Assembly: GCA_019358935.1 (NCBI GenBank)
Contig: JAHHIK010000010.1
Span: 1-64,000, forward strand
DNA from: Tolypothrix carrinoi HA7290-LM1
GTDB lineage: Bacteria > Cyanobacteriota > Cyanobacteriia > Cyanobacteriales > Nostocaceae
Reading direction: 5' to 3'
Length of the DNA: 64,000 bases
The notes beneath the pieces are model-generated. The model was not told the DNA's origin. It saw nothing but the letters and a program-made list of their open reading frames with translations, and did no database searches. The stretch's first letter is position 1. The number at the start of each line of letters is the position of its first letter. This document shows, in pieces, positions 1 to 10,409 of the stretch. The position numbers and the translations under genes were made by a program.

Positions 1-61
1 ACTTACTTTCCAATTATCTAATCGAGCAACTAAAACGTCCGGACATTGTTATGTCTATAGT

Positions 62-382
62 TTAGTTTTTAGGCGCTCGGCGCGGCGCAGCCGCGCCATT
101 GCTTGTGCCAGTTGCGTAAGTCCTGACCATGTCAATCAAGGTATAATGAGCATCTTCCGCATTTGCTAAAATATGGTCGAATTGAATGCGAACTGGTACA
201 GCTTCTCCATTCACTTGAGCTTTCAAATCCATACCTTGAGCATCAATTGCCAGCATTTGTGCTGCTGTCGCATCCGCTAACCCACCAAAAGCCTGAGCGT
301 AAAGAACTATAGCATCAGCATGATCCTCGTTCATGTGATTGCAAATGCGTGAGCTAATTTCAGTAGAGAATTGTTCAGACAT
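62..382 (-). CDS. DUF2470 family protein (heme-utilisation/GluTR-binding-like domain)
   Basis: RICNHMNEDHAD motif typical of DUF2470. The last ~20 aa appear to derive from a repeat element. Confidence 0.85.
   Translation of the reverse strand: MSEQFSTEISSRICNHMNEDHADAIVLYAQAFGGLADATAAQMLAIDAQGMDLKAQVNGEAVPVRIQFDHILANAEDAHYTLIDMVRTYATGTSNGAAAPRRAPKN
105..125 (-). mobile_element. Terminus of cyanobacterial repeat/IS-like element (CAGGACTTACGCAACTGGCAC)
   Basis: The AGGACTTACGC core recurs at 39598-39608. It is followed by a GC-rich hairpin (GGCGCGGCTGCGCCGCGCC). The element may extend past the window edge. Confidence 0.5.
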
Positions 383-729
383 AGCGTTTCTCCTTGTTGA
401 TGCTAATGGGATTCTAAACTAGATATTGACCAACAGTATCCTAATCTGCTGGCAATGTAATTTAGTTTGAGAATTTATAGTTAGTTTTTATACTATTTTT
501 CCGGCAAGGTAAGTACTCTAGATATAGTGCTTGCCAGGGGTGGAAATGTTCGCCGATCGCTTTAAATGTAGCTTTTTGACAAGCGAAGCGAAATTAACCG
601 TATTTACTAATTTTAATTAAATAAAAATAAAAGATATGAAATATTTTTTACCTGTGAATCCGAAATTGATTTAGGTAAAACTGTAGCCTAATTGAGCAAA
701 CTTATTCAAGCGAAAAACCGATAAGTGAA

Positions 730-1563
730 ATGAACCACCGCCGGATTGTAATTGGGGATGTACATGGTCACTATGATGCTTTAATGATATTATTGCAGGC
801 GATCGCCCCAAACTCAGACGATCAAGTGTATTTTCTCGGAGACTTAATCGATCGCGGACCTCAGAGTTGCCAAGTAGTAAATTTTGTTAAAGAAAATCGC
901 TATCACTGTCTGCTTGGCAATCACGAGCAGATGTTGTTAAATATTCTTACTTCGAGATACATCACCCCCGAAATTATACAAGCATGGCTTGACAGTGGGG
1001 GACGAGCCACTGTAGCCAGTTATCAAGATGCGATAATTCCTCACGATCATCTTGAATGGTTGCTAAGTTTGCCTACATATCTGGACTTAGGAGATGTTTG
1101 GCTATCTCATGCTGGTATTGATCCGTTAATTCCTTTGGCACAACAAACAGCCGATCAGCTTTGCTGGGTGCGAGATGCATTTCACAGCATGAAAAAGCCC
1201 TACTTTACAGATAAACTGATTATTGTCGGTCACACCATCACTTTTACTTTACCTGGCGTTGCACCAGGGTTACTGGCACAAGGAGCCGGATGGTTAGATA
1301 TAGATACAGGAGCTTATCATCAGCGCAGTGGCTGGTTGACGGGACTCGACATTACCAATAACCTAGTTTATCAAGTCAACGTCAACCAGCTTTGTGTTCG
1401 CATCCTGCCCTTAGAAGAAGCTGTGACGAACATCAATCCGGCGGAAATTGGAGACAGGGGGATGGGGGGACAAGGGGAGGGGGGGACAAGGGGACAAGGG
1501 GGACAAGGGGGATTAGGGGGACAAGGGGGACAAGGGGGACAAGGGAGAGTATTAACCCTATAA
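730..1563 (+). CDS. PPP-family Ser/Thr protein phosphatase (metallophosphoesterase)
   Basis: GDVHG, GDLIDRG, GNHE, HAG, GHT and DTG motifs. Confidence 0.92.
   Translation: MNHRRIVIGDVHGHYDALMILLQAIAPNSDDQVYFLGDLIDRGPQSCQVVNFVKENRYHCLLGNHEQMLLNILTSRYITPEIIQAWLDSGGRATVASYQDAIIPHDHLEWLLSLPTYLDLGDVWLSHAGIDPLIPLAQQTADQLCWVRDAFHSMKKPYFTDKLIIVGHTITFTLPGVAPGLLAQGAGWLDIDTGAYHQRSGWLTGLDITNNLVYQVNVNQLCVRILPLEEAVTNINPAEIGDRGMGGQGEGGTRGQGGQGGLGGQGGQGGQGRVLTL
1452..1546 (+). repeat. STRR-type tandem repeat (GGGGGACAA/GGGGACAA)n inside the phosphatase 3' end
   Basis: Visible 8-9 nt tandem units. The same family occurs inverted at 13419-13500. Confidence 0.9.
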
Positions 1564-2406
1564 AGGTCGAATATTTGCTTTATAAGCTGCACCATCCAAT
1601 CCTTCACCGCGATTGCTAGGTTGAGAGTTTATGGCACGTTTGAGGGCTTGAATGCGATCGCCTGTTGCTGGGTGCGTACTCAAAAATCCTGGTGTAGAAC
1701 TCTTTGATACCAACTTTTGCATAAAAGCAGGCATCGCCGACTGTGCATAACCAGCGCGTGTCAAAGTTCTTAATCCTCTTTGATCGGCATCAAATTCATT
1801 TTGACGACTGCGCGGAAGGTTTCTCGCTACTTGCACACCAATGGCTACCGCTTGATTTCGATCTAAACCTGCTGCTGTTAAAAGTCCACTTTCAAGTGCT
1901 TTTTGCCGCATCTGTTTGAGTGCGTGCTTTCCGCCAATGTGTCCCATTTCATGCCCGATCACGCTTGCCAATTCCGCTTCATTTGCTGCGGCTTTTATCG
2001 TACCGGTGTTGATATAGACAAAGCCTCCCATTGTGGCAAAAGCGTTAATACCGTCATCATCAACCACCTGGAAAGTATAGGGAATATCTGGGCGATCGCT
2101 AGATGCTACTAAACGCTGTCCAATTTGCCGGACGTAGTTATTTACTTGTGAATTACGATAAAGACGAATATCACTGCTCTGTAATTGCTGATTAATCTGT
2201 TTACCAAGATCAACTTCTTGGCGATCGGATATATTAGATAGCTGAAATAACTGGGCACCTTGGAAAATGAGAGGCAATAAATCTATAGCCTTCCCTGGCA
2301 AAGGTGTACTCAAGCAAAGACTCAAGGCAACTACCACCGAAATTAACGGATAAATCAAGCGATGTCGCCAAAAACGGTAATTTACTAAGCCTTTCCAATT
2401 CATCAT
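1558..2406 (-). CDS. M48 family Zn metallopeptidase
   Basis: HEMGH zincin motif, INAFA, SRQNEFDAD, LSTHP; N-terminal signal-like segment. Confidence 0.92.
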   Translation of the reverse strand: MMNWKGLVNYRFWRHRLIYPLISVVVALSLCLSTPLPGKAIDLLPLIFQGAQLFQLSNISDRQEVDLGKQINQQLQSSDIRLYRNSQVNNYVRQIGQRLVASSDRPDIPYTFQVVDDDGINAFATMGGFVYINTGTIKAAANEAELASVIGHEMGHIGGKHALKQMRQKALESGLLTAAGLDRNQAVAIGVQVARNLPRSRQNEFDADQRGLRTLTRAGYAQSAMPAFMQKLVSKSSTPGFLSTHPATGDRIQALKRAINSQPSNRGEGLDGAAYKANIRPL

Positions 2407-2764
2407 AATCCGGCACAGCTGAGTATTTTAGGAGAACGTAAAACTATAGGACGGATTTACCCAATTCTAAGTTGCATTTTACTTAATACTAAACTGGGCG
2501 CGAAGAGCGAGTACAGCCCCAAAAGATGAGTCAAAAAGGCTGGCTGACTACAAGCCAACAAAGACTACACTTTTATTGTCACAGCAACGAAAAATTGTCA
2601 CAAGTCCAATCTGTTTACTTTGCACATCTTTTGGGCACGTCATGATACACTGTCGCATGACCGAGAATCCCAGCTGCTTTTATAACAAGCAACGAGTGTA
2701 AGCGGTTCCCTACTATACACGGCGTTGCAACAATCAATTATTCCGTATCTCTTGAAAACTGCTT

Positions 2765-3298
2765 ATGGCTCTTTTAGATTCCAAAGGTCGCTTATTCGGT
2801 AAAATCAACCTTCTCGATTTTGGTGCCGCGCTGGTAATTTTGTTAGTCATATTCGGCATCTTTGTCTTTCCCGGAACTTCTGGTTCTGTTGCTCAAATTA
2901 ACTCGAAAACAGTACCTATAGAGGTAGATTTAGTTGTTAGAGGATTGAATCTACGCGACCCGCAACAGTTATACGAAAAAGGATTTAAAAAAGGCGGCAA
3001 AACTAACATTATTATCCGCAATCAACCCTACGGTCAAATTGGGATTAAATCTATTCAAGAAATACCGAGAACCGTAAGTGTTCCTCAACCCGATGGTTCT
3101 GTCAAAGAATTGCCCGATCCTAGAGCAAACAATTTTAGTCGAGATATGCTTTTGACTTTAGAAGGCAAAGCGAATATCACTGAAAATGGACCAGTTTTAG
3201 GTAACAGTAAAGTTAAAATTGGGATGCCTTTTGAGTTAGAAGGCTTTAATTACAACTTTAATGCTACTGTTATCGATTTAAGATTGAAAGACAAGTAA
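2765..3298 (+). CDS. DUF4330 family membrane-anchored protein
   Basis: N-terminal LDSKGRLFGKINLLD followed by a TM helix, characteristic of the family. Confidence 0.85.
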   Translation: MALLDSKGRLFGKINLLDFGAALVILLVIFGIFVFPGTSGSVAQINSKTVPIEVDLVVRGLNLRDPQQLYEKGFKKGGKTNIIIRNQPYGQIGIKSIQEIPRTVSVPQPDGSVKELPDPRANNFSRDMLLTLEGKANITENGPVLGNSKVKIGMPFELEGFNYNFNATVIDLRLKDK

Positions 3299-3330
3299 AC
3301 TGCAATTTGTTGTTAGTAATAGCTTGCTTC

Positions 3331-3361
3331 ATAGCTTCCCGAATTGTGGAGGCTATTTTTT
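3331..3361 (+). terminator. Probable intrinsic terminator
   Basis: ATAGCTTCC...GGAGGCTAT stem followed by a T-run, downstream of the DUF4330 gene. Confidence 0.5.
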
Positions 3362-3365
3362 AGTA

Positions 3366-3500
3366 TTACAGCATTTTACTACAATCATGAAACCTAACCC
3401 CCAACCTTCTTCCCGGAATAGGGAGGGAGGCTAATTTTAAAGCCCTCTCTTCATAGGAGAGAGGTCTGTGTGTGGTCTATTCATTTGAAAATAGCTGTAA
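3366..3500. mobile_element. MITE-like element
   Basis: Terminal inverted repeats TTACAGCATTTT / AAAATAGCTGTAA and an internal purine/pyrimidine hairpin (CCTCTCT...AGAGAGG). Confidence 0.55.
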
Positions 3501-3581
3501 AATAATACTTAACATATAAAAATAATAATTTTTGTAAAAAAGCTTGATCGGGCGATCGCCTGATGTGAACGCATCAAAATT

Positions 3582-4109
3582 ATGAAAGCAAATTCTAGCA
3601 ATGTTTTTGAAGTCGATAAAATTTGTTTTGAAACATTAATACCTGAACGAGTGATTCATATTCCTGTTTATGGTGAAGAAACACCTTTTCAATATCAAGT
3701 CCGCATTACTAATAACTCATTAATTCCCTATCGCTTTGAATTGCCCAAATTTGTACCAGAAATATTAAATCCACATGGCAAGCTTATGCAGATGAGTTTT
3801 GGTCAGAATAATACTAGAAAGGTAAAAGAATCAGATATCCCGTTAATTATGCCTGGAGAGAGTTTAGCATCTTTAATGGATACTAAATTTAGTTGGTACA
3901 ACAAAAATTGCCTTCAACTTAGTGGTTATGCATTGTACGGAGGAATTTTAAGTTTTTATAACTTCAAGCCAACTAAATATCAAATTAGGCTTACTTATGA
4001 GAGTCCTGTAGTAAAGCAGAGAAGATTCATGTTTACGGGCAAACCTGAAATTGACGGCTTTTGGATAGGCACAATTATTACACCCTTAGTCAAATTCCGC
4101 CTCAGATAA
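3582..4109 (+). CDS. Hypothetical protein (beta-rich, AT-rich gene)
   Basis: 175-aa ATG-initiated ORF; no motif recognised. Confidence 0.65.
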   Translation: MKANSSNVFEVDKICFETLIPERVIHIPVYGEETPFQYQVRITNNSLIPYRFELPKFVPEILNPHGKLMQMSFGQNNTRKVKESDIPLIMPGESLASLMDTKFSWYNKNCLQLSGYALYGGILSFYNFKPTKYQIRLTYESPVVKQRRFMFTGKPEIDGFWIGTIITPLVKFRLR

Positions 4110-4122
4110 ACATCCCAGATTC

Positions 4123-4178
4123 AGATCCCCGACTTCTATAAGAAGTCGGGGATCTTCTGGATCTTGTGGACTGCTATA
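4123..4178. repeat. Palindromic dispersed repeat AGATCCCCGACTTCT-N3-AGAAGTCGGGGATCT with GGACTGCTATA end
   Basis: 15-bp perfect arms; related copies at 12629-12661 and 16293-16325. Confidence 0.8.
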
Positions 4179-4184
4179 TATTCA

Positions 4185-5084
4185 TCAACTACTTAACAAA
4201 GGCAAAAATCGCCGAATTAAACCAATTGTCACCGCTGGTAATTCTAAGTGTGGCGTTAATCCGACATTTTGCAACTCTTGAAAAACGCGAATTGCTTGCG
4301 GATTCATTTGGGCGAGACGCCGACCAATTTCTGGACCAGTAAATTGCGACTTTTGCCCCCAAATTATCGCCGTGGGAGTTGTCAATTGTTGAATATAAAG
4401 CGATAAATCAAAGCACAAATCGCCACGTACAAAAGACAGTGCCGCATATTCAGCATTCGGCTGACGCGCTGATTCTAAATAAGCTTCGACAATTTCCTCG
4501 TAGACGCGACTAGAATCGGCAAATTGCCGTTGTTCTAAGAAATTGCGAATACCAGAACTAGTGGCAATTCCTGTACTATACAGCAAGCGGTCAAGAATGG
4601 GAACGCTGACAATCTGGGCAAAAATACTGCTAGAGTAATTTTCGCCAAAGTCGGAAAGTCCGGCTGGTAAAGTGAGAATCAGCGACTTGAATAAATCAGG
4701 ATGAGCGATCGCTACTCGAATTGTAAACGCCGCTGTCAGCGAAGAAGCAATTACTGTCACCGCTTCTGTACAAGTCTGCTCTAAAAACTCCCGAATCATC
4801 GTTGTATAATCATCAATCTTATAATTTCGCGCCGGATGTTCAGATCTACCCCATCCGATCAAGTCTGGTGCTATTATTCGATACTCGGCAGCAAAAGCAG
4901 GATAAACTTTTGACCACTCATATGCAGAAGAACCACCACCAAAAGCATGTAGAAACACTAAAGTTTCCTTTACTGTGCGGGCAGTTATCTCATCCTCATA
5001 AGGCGAACCGACGGCAGTATAATATACAATCCTACCTAGTGAGGTATTTACGGAGCGATGCTCAAATCCCAATGGCTGAAACAT
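4185..5084 (-). CDS. Alpha/beta-fold hydrolase
   Basis: FLHAFGGG, APDLIGWGRS and IIWG motifs. Start placed at MFQPLG (5084). Confidence 0.85.
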   Translation of the reverse strand: MFQPLGFEHRSVNTSLGRIVYYTAVGSPYEDEITARTVKETLVFLHAFGGGSSAYEWSKVYPAFAAEYRIIAPDLIGWGRSEHPARNYKIDDYTTMIREFLEQTCTEAVTVIASSLTAAFTIRVAIAHPDLFKSLILTLPAGLSDFGENYSSSIFAQIVSVPILDRLLYSTGIATSSGIRNFLEQRQFADSSRVYEEIVEAYLESARQPNAEYAALSFVRGDLCFDLSLYIQQLTTPTAIIWGQKSQFTGPEIGRRLAQMNPQAIRVFQELQNVGLTPHLELPAVTIGLIRRFLPLLSS

Positions 5085-5665
5085 ACGTGTTTTGTGTTTT
5101 CTGTTATGGTTGCTAAACGCCAATGACAGTTGCTTCATCTGTCCCTAACACTTAGGGTGTGGAGTTTAAAATTCTCACTATTCTTATCATCGACGAACAG
5201 AGAACTTTAGAACTTCTTACTTAGGAGGGGTAAAAAGACTCATGTAAAGAAATATAGAGTTATTTGAAATTATTCACTTATATTTTTTAACCGTACCTTT
5301 CCCCTTTTCTCTTTACCCAAGATTAAAAATCCTTTCCCCTCCCGCATTCCCCTCTTCCTTCATCTGCGTCTGATTAAGTAAATGTAAAACTACTGCTTTA
5401 CTTGTAAAGACTTTGTGATTTTTTTTCACTTCATCTCCAGATTTTTGCTCGAAGATATTGTCACTAGCGGTTTTCTTGCTGTAGCGAGTATCACTTAGGA
5501 CTGAGGTACTTGATAAATTATTTATGGTACTCTATCAGAAACATTACCGATAGTTTTGAGCGTCAAGAATACTCGGAGTGTTCATTAATATCACTTAATA
5601 ACTCTAGTTCTGCACCGAGAAATAATCAATCCGATGTAGCTAGTAACTAAATTATTCTCTAGGCA

Positions 5666-6271
5666 ATGGTAAAGCGGGGCGTCATGATAAAGGAGGCTAC
5701 TCTTCAATCGAATAAAGTACCAACGTTTGAAGACCGTAAATTTTTACGTGGAAACTACGTAAGTGTTGAAAAAGAAACAATAGATTCAGCTTCGCCAAGT
5801 CAAAATCAAATAGATATTGACGAAGAACAGGCAGCTGTACCTACTTGTATTTGTTTGAATTTAGAAGATTTGAAATGCTTTGAGGCTGTGGAGCGACAAT
5901 ATGAGCGCTGGGGTGTCATATTTCATAATTCTATCGCAATACAACCCTCAAATCCAGCATTTCCCACTCATTCGGGGGTGACAGTGTTGATGGGGTCGCC
6001 CAAAAGCGGATTTTTAGAAGCTACTTTCTTGCGTCCTGTCCACTGGGTTAGTACGTTTGTCACAAGTTCGCAGCGGTTAGTACTTTGTGCTTACGATCGC
6101 CACAACCAACTACTCACCCAAACAGCACTACCAGCAGCTAATCTTGCCAACTCTGACTCGGCGCTGCCCCCCAGTACGTTATTATCTTTAACGGCGAATG
6201 ACATCCACCGCATTACCTTCAGCACTTTTGATGGTCAATTCATCATTGATGACTTTAGTTTCTGTTTTTAA
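5666..6271 (+). CDS. Hypothetical protein
   Basis: 201-aa ORF with plausible composition; the start may be 5684. Confidence 0.7.
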   Translation: MVKRGVMIKEATLQSNKVPTFEDRKFLRGNYVSVEKETIDSASPSQNQIDIDEEQAAVPTCICLNLEDLKCFEAVERQYERWGVIFHNSIAIQPSNPAFPTHSGVTVLMGSPKSGFLEATFLRPVHWVSTFVTSSQRLVLCAYDRHNQLLTQTALPAANLANSDSALPPSTLLSLTANDIHRITFSTFDGQFIIDDFSFCF

Positions 6272-6415
6272 AACAAAATAAAAACTCCTTGACAAAATCG
6301 TTATATTAGACTATTCACAGGTATCCTTGTAGAGTATATTGATTGTGAACTACACCCCAGGTATCAGTGAAAACTGATATATTAAGCAATCTTGTAATTC
6401 CCTTAGGTAAACACT

Positions 6416-7180
6416 GTGGCACAGGCTTCATCTTCTTGGCAGCAATTGCTCAACCAGCTTGCAAAGTGGTCGCTTTTATTCAAGACAGAAAGAGCCACAA
6501 AGCAACCAAATCTTAAACTATACCGAGAACCTGGAGGATACTTAGGGTTTTTGACAATTGTCATTGCGATGCTTTTGTGGAACTGGAAACTGCTGTTGGC
6601 AATTATTGTCGGCGTTGGGATAATGGTGTTAGTCTACTCAATGCAGCGGTGGGATTGGCGATCGCATTGGTCAAAAATTCGTAAATTATTTAACAATCCC
6701 AACCGTCGGTTAGCTTTATCAGTTACAAGTGGCGGTATTGCCACCCTCAGCACTTACATGGCTGCTGTCATTTGGGTTGACTCCAACAGTCATTGGATTG
6801 CTGCGGGTGCAATTTTGCAAGCTTTGGGGACACTATTAACTATAATTTTATTAGTGTGGCAAATCGTCAGCTTTTACAGCATTCGAGAAGAAGAACAACT
6901 AGATCGATTATTGCTCACCTTGACAGAACAAGACCCCCTCAAGCGTTTAATTGCCCTACGTCGGCTTACCAAATTCGTGACCAATAACCGCGTTGACTCT
7001 TCTGTAGAGCAAAATATTATCGAATGCTTGCGACTTTTAATTAGTCGCGAAGAAGAAGTCATGATTCGCGAAGCTGCTTTTGAGAGTTTGCAAGCACTAG
7101 ATTTAGGAGAACAAATATCATCCAGTTCGGCAACTCCTTTAAAGCCTCTCTCCGCCAAAGTCAAACAGCATACATATTAG
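6416..7180 (+). CDS. Membrane protein with C-terminal HEAT/ARM-like helices
   Basis: Several hydrophobic segments, then DPLKRLIALRRL and IREAAFESLQAL. Confidence 0.75.
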   Translation: MAQASSSWQQLLNQLAKWSLLFKTERATKQPNLKLYREPGGYLGFLTIVIAMLLWNWKLLLAIIVGVGIMVLVYSMQRWDWRSHWSKIRKLFNNPNRRLALSVTSGGIATLSTYMAAVIWVDSNSHWIAAGAILQALGTLLTIILLVWQIVSFYSIREEEQLDRLLLTLTEQDPLKRLIALRRLTKFVTNNRVDSSVEQNIIECLRLLISREEEVMIREAAFESLQALDLGEQISSSSATPLKPLSAKVKQHTY

Positions 7181-7183
7181 TTA

Positions 7184-7411
7184 ATGGGCATGGGGCATGG
7201 GGCAATGGGCATGGGGCATGGGGAATCGGGCATCGGGCATGGGGCAAGTGAAATACGCGATCGCTTCTTTTTATTCCCATTGCCCATTGCCCAATGCCCA
7301 TTGCCCATTGCCCATTGCCCAATGCCCATTGCCCATTGCCCATTGCCCATTGCCCATTGCCCATTGCCCATTGCCCATTGCCCAATGCCCATTGCCCAAT
7401 GCCCATTGCCC
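7184..7411. repeat. STRR heptamer arrays (ATGGGGC)n and (CCCATTG)n in opposite orientation around a HIP1 site
   Basis: Tandem heptamers at 7184-7246 and 7276-7411; GCGATCGC at 7257-7264. Confidence 0.95.
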
Positions 7412-7417
7412 AACCAA

Positions 7418-8161
7418 CTACTTTCGATACAACCGACCATTACGAACTTGTACCACAGGATGATTGCACCGCCGTACCAACTGTTCATCGTGGGTGGTAA
7501 CAATTACCGTTGCTCCAAACGAGTTTAACTTCTGGAGAATTTGCATCACTTGCCAAGAATTATCAAAATCGAGATTTCCAGTTGGTTCATCTGCCAAAAT
7601 CAGCGGAGGTGTAGCTACGATCGCTCGCGCAATACTCACCCGTTGTTGTTCTCCTCCAGAAAGTTGATCGGGAAAGCAGTCAGCTTTGGAAAGTAAACCT
7701 ACTAGCTTTAAAGTTGGTTCCAAACGGCGTAGAATTTCCTTGCGGGTGTATCCTTGAGCTTGCAAGACAAAAGTGACATTTTCCGCCACAGTCCGCTGGG
7801 GAATTAGCTTGTAGTCTTGAAATACAATGCCAATACGTCGGCGCAAAAAAGACAAGCGATCGCCTTTCATTTTTGCCACATTACACTCATCAACCATCAC
7901 CTCTCCCTGTGTAGGCAACTCCTCACCATACAGCAGTTTCAACAGCGTTGATTTACCCGAACCACTAGGACCAGTAATAAACAGAAAATCTCCCTGTTTA
8001 ACTTCCAAATTCAAATCAAACAACGCCTGAGAGCCATTGTTATAGATTTTTGTCAGCGAGCGCAACTGCACCATCGGCACAGTACTTTTACTGCGTCCTT
8101 GAGTTTCCTTTTCCTGAAGAAGAAATTTTTCAGTAGTTTCTTTCGGTGTCAATACTGGCAT
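7418..8161 (-). CDS. ftsE: Cell division ATP-binding protein FtsE
   Basis: [51 protein letters not shown]. Confidence 0.88.
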   Translation of the reverse strand: MPVLTPKETTEKFLLQEKETQGRSKSTVPMVQLRSLTKIYNNGSQALFDLNLEVKQGDFLFITGPSGSGKSTLLKLLYGEELPTQGEVMVDECNVAKMKGDRLSFLRRRIGIVFQDYKLIPQRTVAENVTFVLQAQGYTRKEILRRLEPTLKLVGLLSKADCFPDQLSGGEQQRVSIARAIVATPPLILADEPTGNLDFDNSWQVMQILQKLNSFGATVIVTTHDEQLVRRCNHPVVQVRNGRLYRK

Positions 8162-8282
8162 TGCTGGATTTTACCTACACATTAGCTTTAAAATAAGAAT
8201 TCCCAGGCAGAACCTAGGAATCACAAATTCAACACCAAAAATTCCAAATACCGCCGTCACCTTAGAAAGGTGCGGCTACTCG

Positions 8283-8338
8283 AACAAAGCCTGCCTTCGC
8301 AGGCTAAAGAAATCAAGCCTGCGAAGGCAGGCTTTGTT
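8283..8338. repeat. Palindromic dispersed repeat
   Basis: 23-bp perfect inverted arms AACAAAGCCTGCCTTCGCAGGCT / AGCCTGCGAAGGCAGGCTTTGTT. Confidence 0.8.
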
Positions 8339-8389
8339 TGTATAGCCCCAGGCTTCTAGCCTGCGGGCGATTCGCCACAACGATTCTGT

Positions 8390-9142
8390 TTAACTAATTG
8401 CCCCTCTTGCCGTCAACCGATAAACTACAGCTTTCCAAGCAAATTCCGGCAAAGCTAACATTCGGCGCCAGCGCCAAGGTTCTTGATAAAGCCGATACAG
8501 CCATTCGAGATTATTATCTCCCAACCACGCAGGAGCGCGAGATTTTGTCCCCGACCAAATATCAAAACTACCACCAACGCCGATCCAAATTGCTTGCGGA
8601 CACAAATGTCGGTTTTGAGCAATCCATAACTCTTGACGCGGCACTCCCAAACCGACAAAAATGACTTGAGGCTGTAATTGGCTAAGAGTTTGTCGTAATT
8701 TTTCTTCTTCTTCTGGCGAATGATAGCCGGAGTGAGTACCTGCTATACGCAATTTCGGTAATTGAGAAAGCCAAAACTCTGCCGCTGTTGCAGCCACTTT
8801 TGGCGCACCTCCATAGAAAAACACTTTTGCCTCAGTATGACGCTCAACTTCTTGCAACAGTTTTTCTGCTAGCTCAATTCCTGGACAACGTTGTATTTTT
8901 TGCCTTAATAGTAACTGTAAATACAGAACTACCCCCGCTCCGTCTGGAATCACTAATTCAGCAGCTTGAATCACCTTAGCTAAAGATGTATTTCGCTCTG
9001 CTTGCATAGTCATTTCTGCATTTAGCGTTACCACATGAGTTCCCATATCTTGTTGCAGTCGTTCTAGCAACCAGTTGGGATAGTTAGTGATTAAATGAAT
9101 CGGTAGTCCCAAAACCGAAAACACTTGATAGTGTTTAGACAT
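8390..9142 (-). CDS. WecB/TagA/CpsF family glycosyltransferase
   Basis: VTLNAE, IPDG, VGLGVPRQELW, GVGGSFD, LEWLYRL. Confidence 0.93.
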   Translation of the reverse strand: MSKHYQVFSVLGLPIHLITNYPNWLLERLQQDMGTHVVTLNAEMTMQAERNTSLAKVIQAAELVIPDGAGVVLYLQLLLRQKIQRCPGIELAEKLLQEVERHTEAKVFFYGGAPKVAATAAEFWLSQLPKLRIAGTHSGYHSPEEEEKLRQTLSQLQPQVIFVGLGVPRQELWIAQNRHLCPQAIWIGVGGSFDIWSGTKSRAPAWLGDNNLEWLYRLYQEPWRWRRMLALPEFAWKAVVYRLTARGAIS

Positions 9143-9505
9143 AGCCTATTCTTAATTAGCCTCACACCAAGTCCATCGAACGATAGTCTATCAAATTTGT
9201 TCCAAATTCCCCATCCTCCCCTACTGCACCCACTCCCCCACCTCCCCCACTCCCTATTCCCCATGCCCCATTCCCGTTAAACTAATTGATATTGGGTGCT
9301 TGTAGTTGTGGGCAAAGCAGCCCTGATTTTATTGTTAGTCATGTTCGCATCAAGAACAAATACCTAAAACACGGGCAATCTTCTTATGTATCTGACTTAC
9401 AAAGCGCCTTTATATGTTTTTCAGATGTTTTAAAACTGCATCTGCTAGGACTTTTTAGTAAACTCAATTTTACAGTTAAGGTAGTGTAACGGGCGGAAGT
9501 TGATT

Positions 9506-10225
9506 ATGAGTAAAATTCGTGTGGCTCTGATTGAAGATCATGACCTAACCCGTGTGGGTATTAAGACAGCACTATTACAAAAGGATGAAATTGAAGTTGT
9601 CGGCGAAGCTGCGACTGCGGCTGATGGAATGAAAATGTTAAAAACGTTACATCCCGACATCGCTATTATAGATATTGGTTTACCAGATAAGGATGGCATT
9701 GAGCTAACACGCGATGTCAAATCTACTGGTAGTAAAGAAGACTTAGAAACAAAAGTGTTAATTTTGACATTGCGGGATAATAAAGAAGCGGTGCTGGCAG
9801 CTTTTGCGGCTGGGGCTGATTCTTACTGCATGAAGGATATCGGGTTTGATAATTTACTCGAAGCAGTGCGAGTGACTTACAATGGCAACTCTTGGATCGA
9901 TCCAGCGATCGCTCGCATAGTTTTACAACAAGCACAACAAAATCCATCCAAGCCAGAAGTCCCATCAGTAGATAGTAAAGGCTTTCCCCTGAAGCAAGAT
10001 CAAAGTGAAAATGAAGAAATTATTGACCCATACACCCTGACAGAAAGAGAGTTAGAAGTGTTACAGTTGATCGTCGAAGGTTGTAGTAATGCATTAATCG
10101 CCGAAAGACTGTACATTACCGTCGGAACGGTGAAAACTCATGTCCGGAATATTTTGAATAAGCTATGCGCTGATGACCGCACCCAAGCAGCAGTCCGCGC
10201 TTTGCGTTCTGGCTTAGTGGGATAA
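9506..10225 (+). CDS. NarL/LuxR family response regulator
   Basis: Receiver domain (EDH, IIDIGLPD) plus LTERELEVL...TVKTHVRNI HTH. Confidence 0.93.
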   Translation: MSKIRVALIEDHDLTRVGIKTALLQKDEIEVVGEAATAADGMKMLKTLHPDIAIIDIGLPDKDGIELTRDVKSTGSKEDLETKVLILTLRDNKEAVLAAFAAGADSYCMKDIGFDNLLEAVRVTYNGNSWIDPAIARIVLQQAQQNPSKPEVPSVDSKGFPLKQDQSENEEIIDPYTLTERELEVLQLIVEGCSNALIAERLYITVGTVKTHVRNILNKLCADDRTQAAVRALRSGLVG

Positions 10226-10409
10226 AGTTAATCGCTCGTAAGCTAAAGAAAGGCGATTAAAGGTAAGTTTACACCTTTGAGGAATTTATACATTCAAAGT
10301 GGGTATCTTCTCTTTAATGAGTGCTACTTTTGTATTGTTTTGTTAATTATCGGGTGAGATAAATAATTCAGCAACTCGCTATTAAAGAATCTGAAAAATA
10401 AAGTCAAAT

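Noticed and set aside
1371..1619. PPCPPC and GTRGTR ORFs
   Set aside because: Alternative frames of the STRR repeat overlapping real genes.
7161..7528. Several Cys/Pro- or Gly/Trp-rich ORFs
   Set aside because: They are translations of heptamer STRR arrays.
7418..8161. ftsE without adjacent ftsX
   Set aside because: Unlinked ftsE is not unusual in cyanobacteria.
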